A stretch of 64,000 bases of DNA, taken from assembly GCA_035534915.1 (NCBI GenBank), contig DATLQZ010000067.1, positions 34,264-98,263 on the forward strand, in the 5' to 3' direction. Shown piece after piece: positions 10,770 through 20,962 of this stretch. The translations under genes and the position numbers were made by a program. This stretch comes from Candidatus Dormiibacterota bacterium. GTDB taxonomy: Bacteria > Chloroflexota > Dormibacteria > Aeolococcales > Bog-877. Numbering within the stretch: the stretch's first letter is position 1; every line of letters starts with the position of its first letter. Below the pieces are notes generated by a model. The model made no database searches. It saw nothing but the letters and a program-made list of their open reading frames with translations, and was not told the origin of the DNA.

Positions 10770-11425
10770 TGTCCGATCAGATCACCATAGTCATCGCCGA
10801 GGACCACACCCTGGTTCGCGAGGGAACTCGCGAGATTCTGGCCCGTGAGGCCGATCTCGTGGTCGTGGGGGAGGCCGCCCGCGGGGACGAGGCAGTGCGC
10901 ATGGTGCGGGAGCTGCTACCCATGGTCTTACTCATGGACATGCGCATGCCAGGTCTCACCGGGATCGAGGCGACCCGTCAGCTCATGGACGACTTCCCCG
11001 ACCTCAAAATCCTCATCCTCAGCGCCCACGAGGATGAGGATTACGTTCGCGAGGCGTTGGCGTCGGGAGCCTCTGGCTACCTCCTCAAGACCTCTCCTGG
11101 GAGAGAGTTGGTAGAGGGGGTCCGGTCGGTCGCCGCAGGCTCGACCGTCCTGTCGCCCGCTTTGAGCCGCAAGCTTGCCCAGTCCCGCCTGGATCCCAGC
11201 AGAGCCACCGATAGGCTAAGCTCCCGCGAGTTCGCCGTTCTACGCCTCATCGCCCAGGGAAGGGCGAACAAGGAGATCGCGATGGAGCTCGGCATCAGTT
11301 TGCGCACGGTGGAGGGCCACCTGCACAACATCTTCGAGAAGCTGCGCGTGACATCCCGCACCGAGGCGGTGGTACACGCAGTCAACCACGGTCTCCTCTC
11401 CATCGGGGCGCCGGGAGAGCAGTGA
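10770..11425 (+). CDS. NarL/LuxR-family response regulator (REC plus HTH_LuxR), DevR/DosR-like
   Basis: The receiver domain reads MSDQITIVIAEDHTLVREG...LLMDMRMPGLTGIEA. The LuxR HTH reads LSSREFAVLRLIAQGRANKEIAMELGISLRTVEGH. A strong SD (GGAAGGAGAGAT) precedes the ATG, so the ORF-track N-extension is not used. Confidence 0.85.
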
Positions 11426-12147
11426 TCAGCATGTCGCCTTCTGGAGCTTCCGGCTGCGGCGCAGGAGGAAGGCGCGATCCCTACGCGGTAAGACTGCTAC
11501 GGGCTCAGGAGCGCGACCGTAAGTGGCTGTCGGAAAGGATCCACGAGGACCCGCTGCAGATGCTCAGCCACATCTCTCGCCTCCTGGATCGCGCCACCAG
11601 CATCCCCCTGACCGCGGCCGACCTGACCGACGTAGCGCGGGAAGCGGCCCGCTTGACCGTCACCGTCAGCGACCACCTGCAGGCGCTTGCTCGTGACCTC
11701 AGGCCGTCGGTACTTGATGATTTCGGACTCTCGCCGGCGTTGCGTGCGCTGGCCTCTGACCTTACCCTGCGCAGCGGGATCGCGGTCAGGTTCACCGTGA
11801 ACGGGGACGAGGATCGCGCCGACGTGGACATTGAGGCCGCCTGCTATCGGATCGCCCAGGAGGCGCTGCGCAACGTCGAGCAGCACTCTCATGCGAGTCA
11901 GGTAGACCTGCGGCTGTCCTTGGGCAGCAGCAGCGTGCGGATGGTTGTGGCCGACGACGGCGTGGGTTTCTCCGCCGCCGCTGGCACGGGGGATGGCGCG
12001 GGCTTCGGCTTGGTCGATATGGAGCAGCGCGCCCTGGCGCTGGGGGGCAGCCTAAGGGTTCGCAGCCTGCACCCGTCCGGGACCGTGCTGCGCCTGTGTC
12101 TGCCGCGGCAGAGCGGGCCGCGCGCGGGATCTCTCGGCGACTGCTGA
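11422..12147 (+). CDS. histidine kinase core only (HisKA_3 plus HATPase_c), with no sensor domain
   Basis: 241 aa carrying the H-box SERIHEDPLQ and the ATPase DDGVGF...GFGLVDMEQRA. The start overlaps the regulator stop (GTGA). Confidence 0.7.
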   Translation: MISMSPSGASGCGAGGRRDPYAVRLLRAQERDRKWLSERIHEDPLQMLSHISRLLDRATSIPLTAADLTDVAREAARLTVTVSDHLQALARDLRPSVLDDFGLSPALRALASDLTLRSGIAVRFTVNGDEDRADVDIEAACYRIAQEALRNVEQHSHASQVDLRLSLGSSSVRMVVADDGVGFSAAAGTGDGAGFGLVDMEQRALALGGSLRVRSLHPSGTVLRLCLPRQSGPRAGSLGDC

Positions 12148-12308
12148 GCCGCCCTAAATCTCCTGAGGATCTGGGCAGGTGGAAACGCTTCCCTGCGACC
12201 CCGGGCTTTCGCGCTTAGATCGAGCGGCGCTCGGGGCCAAGCTGGGACGTAGAGCAGGGCCCTTGGCCCGTCGGTAAGCGGGGCCGGATTCCCGCGGGGG
12301 TGTGAGCG

Positions 12309-12920
12309 GTGCGCTCAAGGATCGGCACGGAGGCGGTGGACGGTACCCAGCGGGTGACGCAGATCCCTGAGCCGCGGCTGGCGCGGTTCTTGCTTGCGGA
12401 CACCAGGCTGGCGTGGTTGTGGCTGCTGGTCCGGCTCTACGTCGGTTACCAGTGGATCTCGGCGGCAATGGACAAGATTGGGACGCCAGCATGGACGGGA
12501 AATGCGGCGGGCGCCGGACTCAAGGGCTTCGCACTGGGCGCGATCGGTGAGACCAAAGGCGCACATGCTCAGGTGTTGGGCTGGTACGCGAGCTTCCTCA
12601 AGGATGTGGTCGTCCCCAATGCCGCCGTGTTCGGGTATGTCGTGACCATCGGCGAGATGGCGGCAGGCATTGCCATCATTCTCGGAGTGTTCACAGGAAT
12701 TGCTGCGTTTGGTGGGGCTTTCATGAACATGAATTACATGCTGGCAGGGGCCATCACCATCAATCCGGTGATGTTCATCTTGGAGCTGTTCCTGGTCCTC
12801 GCGTGGCGGGTTGCCGGCTACTGGGGTCTCGACGGTCTGTTGCTGCCGTTCTTAGGCACTCCCTGGCAGCGGGGGCATGCCTTCCGAGCTGGAGCGGAGC
12901 GCTCGACGTCAGCCGCCTGA
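12309..12920 (+). CDS. DoxX-family membrane protein
   Basis: Multi-TM small protein with a DoxX/DoxD-like hydrophobic pattern. Confidence 0.55.
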   Translation: MRSRIGTEAVDGTQRVTQIPEPRLARFLLADTRLAWLWLLVRLYVGYQWISAAMDKIGTPAWTGNAAGAGLKGFALGAIGETKGAHAQVLGWYASFLKDVVVPNAAVFGYVVTIGEMAAGIAIILGVFTGIAAFGGAFMNMNYMLAGAITINPVMFILELFLVLAWRVAGYWGLDGLLLPFLGTPWQRGHAFRAGAERSTSAA

Positions 12921-13116
12921 TCCCGGCGAGGCCGGCCTCTGGTGAATCACACCCCCAGGGGCTGGCCCGGACCCGCCCCAACCGGCGGTTGGACCCCTGC
13001 TCAGCGGCCGCGGAAGGTGGCAGTGCTGATGGCCGACAGACTTGGGGGCCCTAGGCTGTTTGAGGAATTCTTCCGGAGCTCGCGAGGCTCCGCAACCTTG
13101 GAGGTGCGCAGTGGTG

Positions 13117-13578
13117 ATGGATTTCGGAACCCGTGACAGTGCTGGCGCGATCGTGGTCGGAGTGGACGGTTCCGCAGGCGGCAGGCGAGCGCTGGAGTGG
13201 GCACTCCAGGAGGCGAAGTTGCGCGGTCTGGGCGTCCGCGCGATAGGGATTGCCCAGATTCACCTGGTGGCTCTCAGCGTCCCCGGCTATCCCTATGCGG
13301 ATGAGCGCTACATCAACGACTTGGTCGACTCGGTTAAGAAAATGGTCGCCGACCAGGTGCAGGCTGCCAACCAGGAGCACTCGGTCGAGGTCACGGTGGA
13401 GGCGGTGATGGGGGCACCAGCCGACGTGCTGCTGGAGGCCTCCAAGGGCGCGGAGATGCTGGTGGTGGGATCGCGCGGCCACGGTGGCTTCACCGGTCTG
13501 CTGCTGGGCTCGGTTTCGCAGCAGTGCGTCAGCCACGCCTGGGGGCCGGTCGCGGTAATCCGTGATCGCAAGAGCTGA
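13117..13578 (+). CDS. universal stress protein (UspA family)
   Basis: AIVVGVDGSAGGRRALEWAL...LVVGSRGHGGFTGLLLGSVSQQCVSHAWGPVAVIR, including the ATP-binding G-x2-G-x9-G(S/T) motif. Confidence 0.8.
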   Translation: MDFGTRDSAGAIVVGVDGSAGGRRALEWALQEAKLRGLGVRAIGIAQIHLVALSVPGYPYADERYINDLVDSVKKMVADQVQAANQEHSVEVTVEAVMGAPADVLLEASKGAEMLVVGSRGHGGFTGLLLGSVSQQCVSHAWGPVAVIRDRKS

Positions 13579-13825
13579 GTCGACCAAGCGGACGTAGCCC
13601 GGAGTCATTCTTCGCCGGCACTAGCCGCTCGCCGGGCTGACGCCGCCGCTCCCTTTCTTCGGGATAGAGGGCATTCTTACGGCGGTGTCGGCGGGGCCGG
13701 CCCTCTTGGCGGGACGCTTCCCGTTACGATGCGATTGGACGCCGGTTGGTGACTGCGGTGGGGACGGCCCAGCGGGTCACGGTCAACCCAGGTGATGCCG
13801 CGTGCGCTAGCAGGAGGAGGGAAAG

Positions 13826-14437
13826 ATGTCAGTCGAAGCGCCGATTGGGCTCGACAGAGCGAGCGACCGCGGGAGCCAGGCTGCCGCGGCGAACATTTCC
13901 ATAGTTCCACTGCGCGGCCTGCCGATCGTGGCGATCGCCCTCATTCTGCTGATCGCGTCGATCGCGGGCAACTGGCTCTGGGCACTGGATTTCTTCCACG
14001 TGGTCGCGGGGGGCCTCTGGACCGGGATCGATCTGTTCGTGGGGTTGGTCATCGGGCCAATTCTGGGTCGGCTCTCGATTCCAGCGCGGATGGAGTTCTC
14101 CGCGCGCTTCATGCCCAAGATGGTCTTGATCATGCCCACCCTGGTCACCCTGACCCTGGGCTCAGGGTTCCAGCTGGCTCGGCACCTGGGCAACCTCAGC
14201 CCCGCTTACACCTATCACGGTTGGCTGGTGGCCTCCTTCGTGGTGGTCGGAGTGATGGCTGTGATCGCACTGGGAGTTCTCGAGCCGGCCAACATCGCGG
14301 TTCTGTTCGAACTCAAGAGCCCACATCCCAGGGGAGACGTGATCGGGCGCCTCATGAAGCGGTTCGTCTACACAGCCGCCATCACCGGCCTCATGCAGAT
14401 TGCGACGTTGGTGATCATGAGCCGGTTGGCCAGCTGA
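13826..14437 (+). CDS. integral membrane protein, uncharacterized
   Basis: 203 aa with 4-5 predicted TM helices and a strong SD (GGAGGAGGGAAAG). Confidence 0.5.
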   Translation: MSVEAPIGLDRASDRGSQAAAANISIVPLRGLPIVAIALILLIASIAGNWLWALDFFHVVAGGLWTGIDLFVGLVIGPILGRLSIPARMEFSARFMPKMVLIMPTLVTLTLGSGFQLARHLGNLSPAYTYHGWLVASFVVVGVMAVIALGVLEPANIAVLFELKSPHPRGDVIGRLMKRFVYTAAITGLMQIATLVIMSRLAS

Positions 14438-14856
14438 TGGCCGAGCTGGCCTCCGAGATCCAGCCCGACGAGGCGCTGCCTCCGGTGGCAGCGATCGCCG
14501 TCGCCTCGCTTTCCCTGATCGTGGTCGGCGGCATCTATCTGGCCGCCCATATACCCGGACCTGTGTCGCTCGCTCCCGCCGTAGCCCTGCTGGTGGTGGC
14601 CTGCCTGCTGATGGCGTTGGACGCGGCCCTGCTGTCTCGTCTGCACAGCTTTGCCTGGGTCAGATTCCGACAGGTTGGAAAGTGGGCTCTGCTGGCCTAC
14701 GGAATTAGCGCGGGCATGCTGGAGTATGTCTTCCTCTACGATCATGTGCCTAGTCCGGAGCTGGTGCTGCTGACGCTGATGCTGCTGGTCTATGCCGTCG
14801 ACATTCCCCTGATCCTCGCCTTCTCGGTCGCGCGCTACCGCCGAGCCGAACGATAG
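14437..14856 (+). CDS. integral membrane protein, uncharacterized (coupled to the upstream gene by a TGATG overlap)
   Basis: 139 aa hydrophobic ORF that starts on the stop of the previous gene. Confidence 0.45.
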   Translation: MAELASEIQPDEALPPVAAIAVASLSLIVVGGIYLAAHIPGPVSLAPAVALLVVACLLMALDAALLSRLHSFAWVRFRQVGKWALLAYGISAGMLEYVFLYDHVPSPELVLLTLMLLVYAVDIPLILAFSVARYRRAER

Positions 14857-14925
14857 GATTGACGCAGTCGTCGGAGGCTCGGCGGGGCGGCCTCGGCTGG
14901 TCAGGGACGTTCGCCCGACCGGCGC

Positions 14926-16161
14926 TTGGCGGCAGCGCATAGGCCCCTTATGAGCAGAGTCACCGGCTCCAGCCCGCCCCAGAGACCTTCCTCGTCGGTC
15001 TCTGGGGCCATGGTGACCCTGCTGGCGGTCGCCTGCGGACTGGCGGTCGCCAACCTCTATTATGCTCAGCCGCTGCTGCACATCCTGGCGACTGACTTCG
15101 GGAGCAGCCCGGGGGTGGTCGCGACTGTGGTGACCGCAACCCAGGTGGGCTACGCGGCCGGGCTGCTGCTGTTAGTGCCGCTTGGCGATCTTCTCAAGCG
15201 CCGCCGGTTGGCCGGTGTGGTCCTGGTCCTTGACGGAGTTGCCCTGGCCGGCGCAGCTCTGAGCCGCAACCTCATAGTCTTTGAGGTCTGTTTGCTCGTC
15301 GTCGGGTGCACCTCCGTCGTAGCGCAGGTGCTGGTGCCTTTGGCCGCCGACCTGGCCTCGGAGGAGCGTCGCGGGCGGGTGGTCGGTACTGTCATGACTG
15401 GACTACTGCTGGGAATCCTGCTGGCCCGCACCGTTTCGGGGCTGCTGGCGGCTTGGGCGGGCTGGAGAAGCGTCTACTGGACCGCCGGTGTCGCGGTGGT
15501 CGTACTCGCCGCGACCCTGTGGCTGCTGCTGCCTGCCGACCGACCATCGGTATCGATGGGTTATTCCGCGCTTCTCAGGTCGACCGCTCGGATGGCGATG
15601 GAAGAGCCGGTCCTCAGGCAGCGAGCCTTGCTCGGAGGTCTTGCGTTCGCCGCCTTCAGTGCAGCCTGGACCACCCTGGCCTTCCTGCTGTCGGGGCCGC
15701 CTTACCGATACGGACCAGCCGTCATTGGACTCTTCGGTTTGGTGGGAGCAGCCGGTGCTCTCTGCGCCAGCTTTGCGGGTCGCTTGGCGGACCGGGGCTG
15801 GGAGCGGCCCGCCTCGATCGGGTTTGCGCTGGCGGTGGCTATCGCCTTTGCGCTAATGCTCCTGGGCCGCTCCGCCCTGGCCCCCTTGCTGGCGGGGATT
15901 GTGGTGCTTGATGTCGGGGTCCAGGGACTTGGCATCACCAACCAAAGTCTGATTTACGGGCTCCGAGGCGGCGCTCGCAGCCGCCTCAACAGCGTCTACA
16001 TGACAACCTATTTCGTCGGAGGAGCCGTGGGGTCTGCTGCGGCCGGGCTCATCTATGCTGGATGGGGATGGCTTGGAGTCTGCGCCTTTGGGCTCGCCCT
16101 TGCGGCGGCTCTGATGGCGGTCTCCAGCCGGGACCCAGGACGTGGGCAGCGCACCGATTGA
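14926..16161 (+). CDS. MFS transporter
   Basis: 12-TM pattern with MFS motifs (GLLLLVPLGDLLKRRR). Confidence 0.75.
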   Translation: MAAAHRPLMSRVTGSSPPQRPSSSVSGAMVTLLAVACGLAVANLYYAQPLLHILATDFGSSPGVVATVVTATQVGYAAGLLLLVPLGDLLKRRRLAGVVLVLDGVALAGAALSRNLIVFEVCLLVVGCTSVVAQVLVPLAADLASEERRGRVVGTVMTGLLLGILLARTVSGLLAAWAGWRSVYWTAGVAVVVLAATLWLLLPADRPSVSMGYSALLRSTARMAMEEPVLRQRALLGGLAFAAFSAAWTTLAFLLSGPPYRYGPAVIGLFGLVGAAGALCASFAGRLADRGWERPASIGFALAVAIAFALMLLGRSALAPLLAGIVVLDVGVQGLGITNQSLIYGLRGGARSRLNSVYMTTYFVGGAVGSAAAGLIYAGWGWLGVCAFGLALAAALMAVSSRDPGRGQRTD

Positions 16162-16224
16162 GGGCGCAGCGGGATTAGTGAGACCACCGTCCCTGGCCGA
16201 CCGGAAATGGCCTCCGCTAAGCGG

Positions 16225-17388
16225 TCAGGAGAGTCGCTCCAGGATCATCGCCATTCCCATGCCGCCTCCGACGCACATCGTCTCCAGCCCGATTGACTTG
16301 TCAGCGGTCTTTAGGCCGTTGAGCAGCGTGCAGGTGATCCTGGCCCCGGTCATCCCAAATGGGTGCCCCAGGGCTATGGATCCCCCGAATACATTGAGCT
16401 TGTCCCCCATCGGGTCCAGGCCGATGCCGCGCGCTGAAGGGATCACCTGGGCGGCGAAAGCCTCGTTGATCTCAACCAGGTCGATGTCTTGGATGGTCAT
16501 TCCCGAGCGGCGGAGAACTCGCTCGGTGGCCGGAATCGGTCCGAGTCCCATGTACTCCGGCTCCAGCGCTGCCACCGCGGTCGCCACAATCCTCGCCAGC
16601 GGCTTGATTCCCAACTCTCGGGCTCGGTCGAGAGACATGACCACGACCGCCGCCGCCCCGTCGTTCAAGGGGCAGGCATTTCCGGCTGTCACCGTGCCGC
16701 CCTCCTTGAAGACGGGCTTAAGGGTGGAAAGCACCTCAACGGTGGTGTTGGGCCGTGGTCCGTCGTCGCGGTCCATGACCGTCTCCTCTGCCAGCGGTAC
16801 TGGGATGATCTCCCGCGCAAAGAAGCCGTCGTCCTGGGAGCGGACGGCGAGGTTCTGGCTGCGAGCGGCGAACGCATCCATCTCCTCCCGGGTGATCCCC
16901 TCGCGCTTGGCGACGTTCTCCGCGGTGAGTCCCATCGGCAGATAGAGATCGGGGAATCCCTCTTCGTTGCCCGGTAAGAGGCGGGGGTTGCGGGCATCTG
17001 GGGGGTCCGATGTCCCGTAGCCGTACCGGCTCACGGTCTCCACCCCCATGGAGACGAAGACGTCGCCCTCGCCAGCCCGGATGGCGTGCGCTGCCATCCG
17101 GGTCGTCTGCAGAGAGGAGCTGCAATACCGAGTGATTGTGGTGCCGGGGGCGTTAACCCCTGCCAGGATGCTGATCGCACGACCCAGGTTGAAGCCGGAC
17201 TCGCCGCCAGGGAGGCCACACCCGCAGATGACATCCTCGACTTCGGAGAGCTGGAGCTGCGGTAGCTTGGCCAAAACCTGCTTCAGGACGTAGGCTCCGA
17301 GGTCGTCAGGACGCCAGTTGACCAACGACCCTTTGCCAGCCCTCCCAATCGGGGATCGGCCGGTTGCCACTATCACCGCTTCGGACAT
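16225..17388 (-). CDS. acetyl-CoA C-acyltransferase (thiolase)
   Basis: Full-length thiolase similarity, including the N-terminal MSEAVIVATGRSPIGRAGKGSL and C-terminal catalytic Cys/His regions. Confidence 0.9.
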   Translation of the reverse strand: MSEAVIVATGRSPIGRAGKGSLVNWRPDDLGAYVLKQVLAKLPQLQLSEVEDVICGCGLPGGESGFNLGRAISILAGVNAPGTTITRYCSSSLQTTRMAAHAIRAGEGDVFVSMGVETVSRYGYGTSDPPDARNPRLLPGNEEGFPDLYLPMGLTAENVAKREGITREEMDAFAARSQNLAVRSQDDGFFAREIIPVPLAEETVMDRDDGPRPNTTVEVLSTLKPVFKEGGTVTAGNACPLNDGAAAVVVMSLDRARELGIKPLARIVATAVAALEPEYMGLGPIPATERVLRRSGMTIQDIDLVEINEAFAAQVIPSARGIGLDPMGDKLNVFGGSIALGHPFGMTGARITCTLLNGLKTADKSIGLETMCVGGGMGMAMILERLS

Positions 17389-17461
17389 CGAACCACCTCC
17401 TTGGGCGCCCGACTGCGAGGTGTCGGGGGCGCAGTCTCCTTATGCCGGTGCCGCAACAACT

Positions 17462-18568
17462 ATGCGGCATCCCGCCACAGCGGCGCCCCTCTGGCGATTA
17501 ACCTGGGCAGCGGTGAGCATCAACGAGGATTCCCCTGGCCAGCCCGGAATTCGCCTCGGACTTTCTCTGGGCTATTGGGGGTCCAGCCCGCCGACAGGGA
17601 CAGCGGAGCTCATCCGAGAGGCGGAGCTACTTGGCTTCGACTCCGTCTGGACCGCTGAGGCCTACGGCTCGGACGCTCTGACTCCTCTCGCCTGGTGGGG
17701 GAGTGCGACCGCAAGGCTGCGCCTCGGCACTGCGGTCGCCCAGATGCACGCCCGCGCCCCGGCCGCCACCGCGATGGCCGCAGTCACCTTGGACCATCTG
17801 AGTCAGGGCCGCTTCGTGCTGGGGCTGGGCGCATCAGGACCACAGGTGGTTGAGGGTTGGTACGGAACCTCGTTTGCGCCCCAGTTGGCCGCGACCCGGG
17901 AGTACTTCGCGATACTGCGCCAGATCTTGCGCCGCGAGGGCCCGTTGATCCACGCCGGTAGGCGCTACCGCCTACCGCAGCCGGATGGTCCGGGCAAGCC
18001 TTTGCAGCTCACGGTCCACCCCCGGAGACGGGAGTTGCCGATCTGGCTGGGAGCTGAGGGGCCCCGCAACATCTCGCTGGCCGCCGAGATCGCCGATGGC
18101 TGGTTGGCAGGGTTCCATGCGCCCGCCCGCAGCGACTGGCAAAGGCGGGCCCTCGAGGAGGGTTTTAGCAGAAGGGATATCCCCGGGCGTCCGCGGTCAT
18201 TTGAGATAGCGGCCAATTTGCCTCTGCTGATCGACGACGACATCGAGGCCGCGGCTGACAGAATCCGGCCTCTGATCGCCCTGTACGTCGGCGGGATGGG
18301 CAGCCAGCGTCACAATTTTCACTTCGATCTCTTCTGCCGGATGGGGTTCGAGGAGCAGGCACTACGAATCCAGGAACTCTACCTCTCCGGCAATCCCCGC
18401 GGCGCCGCAGTGGCTGTGTCGCTAGAGATGGTGGAGGCGGTAGCGCTGATTGGCCCGCTGGCCAAGGTGAGAGAGGAGGTCCCCCTCTGGAGGGATGGCT
18501 TGCCCACCCTGCTCATGGTTGACGGGCCGCTCCCACGCCTTCGGCAGGCGGCAGAGCTCTTTCTCTGA
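17462..18568 (+). CDS. LLM-class (luciferase-like) F420-dependent oxidoreductase
   Basis: IRLGLSLGYWG...FDSVWTAEAYGSDALTPLAW is typical of LLM F420 enzymes. The start is uncertain (ORF from 17318). Confidence 0.7.
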   Translation: MRHPATAAPLWRLTWAAVSINEDSPGQPGIRLGLSLGYWGSSPPTGTAELIREAELLGFDSVWTAEAYGSDALTPLAWWGSATARLRLGTAVAQMHARAPAATAMAAVTLDHLSQGRFVLGLGASGPQVVEGWYGTSFAPQLAATREYFAILRQILRREGPLIHAGRRYRLPQPDGPGKPLQLTVHPRRRELPIWLGAEGPRNISLAAEIADGWLAGFHAPARSDWQRRALEEGFSRRDIPGRPRSFEIAANLPLLIDDDIEAAADRIRPLIALYVGGMGSQRHNFHFDLFCRMGFEEQALRIQELYLSGNPRGAAVAVSLEMVEAVALIGPLAKVREEVPLWRDGLPTLLMVDGPLPRLRQAAELFL

Positions 18569-18696
18569 ACCCGGTGAGGGAGCCGCCGGTGCTGTTCGCG
18601 CCGGCGAGCACTCCCGCGCCCGAGTGGATGTGCCCATCCTGCGCCACCAATTGCTGTGGGGCGGCATATTGCAGTCGGGCGCCAGGCTGAGGAAGA

Positions 18697-19235
18697 TGGG
18701 TGCGCACGGTAGATTACCGGGGCTAGCACGGACCCTCGGTTCGACCGTCTTAAGGAGCGCAGTGAGCGAACTACCCGAGTCCTTGGAAACCCTCCGCCGG
18801 AAGGTAGGGCAGGAGCTAGGAGTGAGTTCCTGGCATCTGGTGACCCAGGCCCAGGTCGACCTTTTCGCCGAGGCCACCGGTGATCACCAGTGGATTCACG
18901 TCGATCCCGCGAGGGCGCGCTCGGGGCCTTTCGGCGGCACCATCGCGCACGGGTATCTCACCCTCTCGCTGCTGCCGGTGCTGCTGCAGGGGATGGTGAG
19001 GGTCCCTGGGGTCGCCCTCGCAGTCAACTACGGGGTCAACCGGGTGCGGTTCATCTCTCCGGTACCGGTCGGGTCCAGGATTCGTGCTGCGGCCTCGGTC
19101 AAGGAGGCGACCGAGATAGACGGTGGGCTGCAGCTGGTGCTGACGGTGACAGTAGAGATCGAGGATCGGGAGAAGCCGGCGTGCGTTGCGGAGACGGTGA
19201 CGCGGCTGTACCTTCCGCCGAGTGATGCCAGATGA
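18697..19235 (+). CDS. MaoC-like (R)-specific enoyl-CoA hydratase / hot-dog fold dehydratase
   Basis: DLFAEATGDHQWIHVDPARARSGPFGGTIAHGYLTLSL is the MaoC motif. The start is uncertain. Confidence 0.7.
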
Positions 19236-19247
19236 GGAGGAAGCTCA

Positions 19248-20000
19248 GTGAGACTTGAAAACCGGGTAGCGCTGGTGACCGGTGCGGGCCGGGGGATCGG
19301 GGCGGCGACCGCGCAACGTTTAGCCACGGAGGGAGCGGCAGTTGCGGTTGCCGACATCGATCAGGAGGTGGCAGAGGAGGCCGCGCAGACCATCCGCGCG
19401 GCCGGCGGCCAGGCGATCGCCGTCGCCTGCGACGTGAGCCGACGAGCGGAGGTCGCTGCGATGGTCGAGCGCACGGTCTCGGAGTTTTCCCGCCTGGACA
19501 TCCTGGTGACCTGCGCCGGGCTCATTCGCGACAACCTGGTTCACAAGATGAGCGAGGAGGATTGGGATCTGGTCATCGACACCCACCTCAAGGGCAGCTT
19601 CCTGTGCGCCCAGGCCGCCCAGGCTGTGATGGTGCCTCAGAAGGCAGGGCGGATCATCTTGATCTCGTCCACTTCCGCTTTGGGAAATCGTGGCCAGGCC
19701 AACTACTCCGCGGCCAAGATGGGCATTCAGGGGTTGGCAAAGACCCTGGCGCTGGAGCTGGGTCGCTACCAGATAACTTGCAACGTGGTGGCTCCCGGAT
19801 TCATCGAGACCCGAATGACGGAGGCGACCGCCGCTCGCATGGGGGTCAGCTTTGAGCAGCTCACCGAGGGGTTTGCAGCCACCAACCCCATCCCGCGCAC
19901 CGGCCAGCCCGAGGACGTGGCGGGTGCGATTGCCTTTTTTGCCAGCGATGACGCCAGCTATGTGACCGGTCAAGTTCTCTACGTGCGGGGAGCGCCCTAG
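19248..20000 (+). CDS. SDR-family 3-oxoacyl-(ACP/CoA) reductase (FabG-like)
   Basis: TGAGRGIGAATA Rossmann motif and a YSAAK active site. Confidence 0.85.
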   Translation: MRLENRVALVTGAGRGIGAATAQRLATEGAAVAVADIDQEVAEEAAQTIRAAGGQAIAVACDVSRRAEVAAMVERTVSEFSRLDILVTCAGLIRDNLVHKMSEEDWDLVIDTHLKGSFLCAQAAQAVMVPQKAGRIILISSTSALGNRGQANYSAAKMGIQGLAKTLALELGRYQITCNVVAPGFIETRMTEATAARMGVSFEQLTEGFAATNPIPRTGQPEDVAGAIAFFASDDASYVTGQVLYVRGAP

Positions 20001-20007
20001 GCTCGAC

Positions 20008-20790
20008 GTGACACCCGCTGTCGGCACCGAGCTGCAGGACCGAGTCGCTTTGGTGACCGGGGCCACCCGTGGGATCGGGTACGAGACCGCTCGCGCGCTG
20101 ATCTCTCAGGGATGTCGGGTCGTGATCTCAGCGCGCAAGGAAGCTGAGCTCGCCGTGGCGGCGGCCTCACTGGGGGCCCTGGGTAAGGGGGTCGTTCTGC
20201 CGGTCAAGGCGCACGCCGGGGTGCTTGACGACTCCGTTCGGCTGGTGGGGGAGGTTATGGGGACCTTCGGTCGGCTGGACATCCTGATCAACAATGCCGC
20301 GGCCAATCCCCATTTCGGAATGACCCTGGATGTCGAGCCGGCCGCTTGGGACAAGACCTTCGAGGTCAATCTGCGGGGTCCACTGTTCCTGATCCGCGAG
20401 GCTCATCGCGCGTGGATGGGGGAGCACGGCGGGAATATCGTCAACGTCTCGAGCGTCGGCGGCGCCTCTCCGGCACCGGGGCTCGGGGTGTACGACATCA
20501 CCAAGGCCGCCCTCAACATGCTGACCAAGCAGCTGGCGATAGAGCTGGGCCGCGATCGAATCCGGGTCAACGCGGTGGCGCCCGGGGTGGTTCGGACCGA
20601 GTTCGCTGCGCCCCTGATCGCCAACCCGACGATTCAGCAGGCTACCGTCGACCGCAATCCGCTGGGCAGATTCGCGGAGCCCAAGGAGGTCGCCGAGGTG
20701 ATCCTCTTCCTCGTCTCCGATCGCGCCTCGTACATCAACGGGGCGGTCATAGCGGTTGACGGCGGGCTGAGCTCCGGTCCCGGCCTCTGA
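20008..20790 (+). CDS. SDR-family oxidoreductase
   Basis: TGATRGIGYETA and YDITKAAL motifs. Confidence 0.8.
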   Translation: MTPAVGTELQDRVALVTGATRGIGYETARALISQGCRVVISARKEAELAVAAASLGALGKGVVLPVKAHAGVLDDSVRLVGEVMGTFGRLDILINNAAANPHFGMTLDVEPAAWDKTFEVNLRGPLFLIREAHRAWMGEHGGNIVNVSSVGGASPAPGLGVYDITKAALNMLTKQLAIELGRDRIRVNAVAPGVVRTEFAAPLIANPTIQQATVDRNPLGRFAEPKEVAEVILFLVSDRASYINGAVIAVDGGLSSGPGL

Positions 20791-20962
20791 TGCCGACCCA
20801 CCGATGGTACGGAATTGGCGAACGCACAACGCGAGCAGTCTTAGTTTGTGGCTCAGACCATTGCAGAGTTTGCTCCGGGCATCAATAATCCGGAGCGCGG
20901 CGTGACCACGGAGCAGACGGCCCGTGCCAGGTTTGGATCGGCGGGTTCACGGGAGGTGAGCG

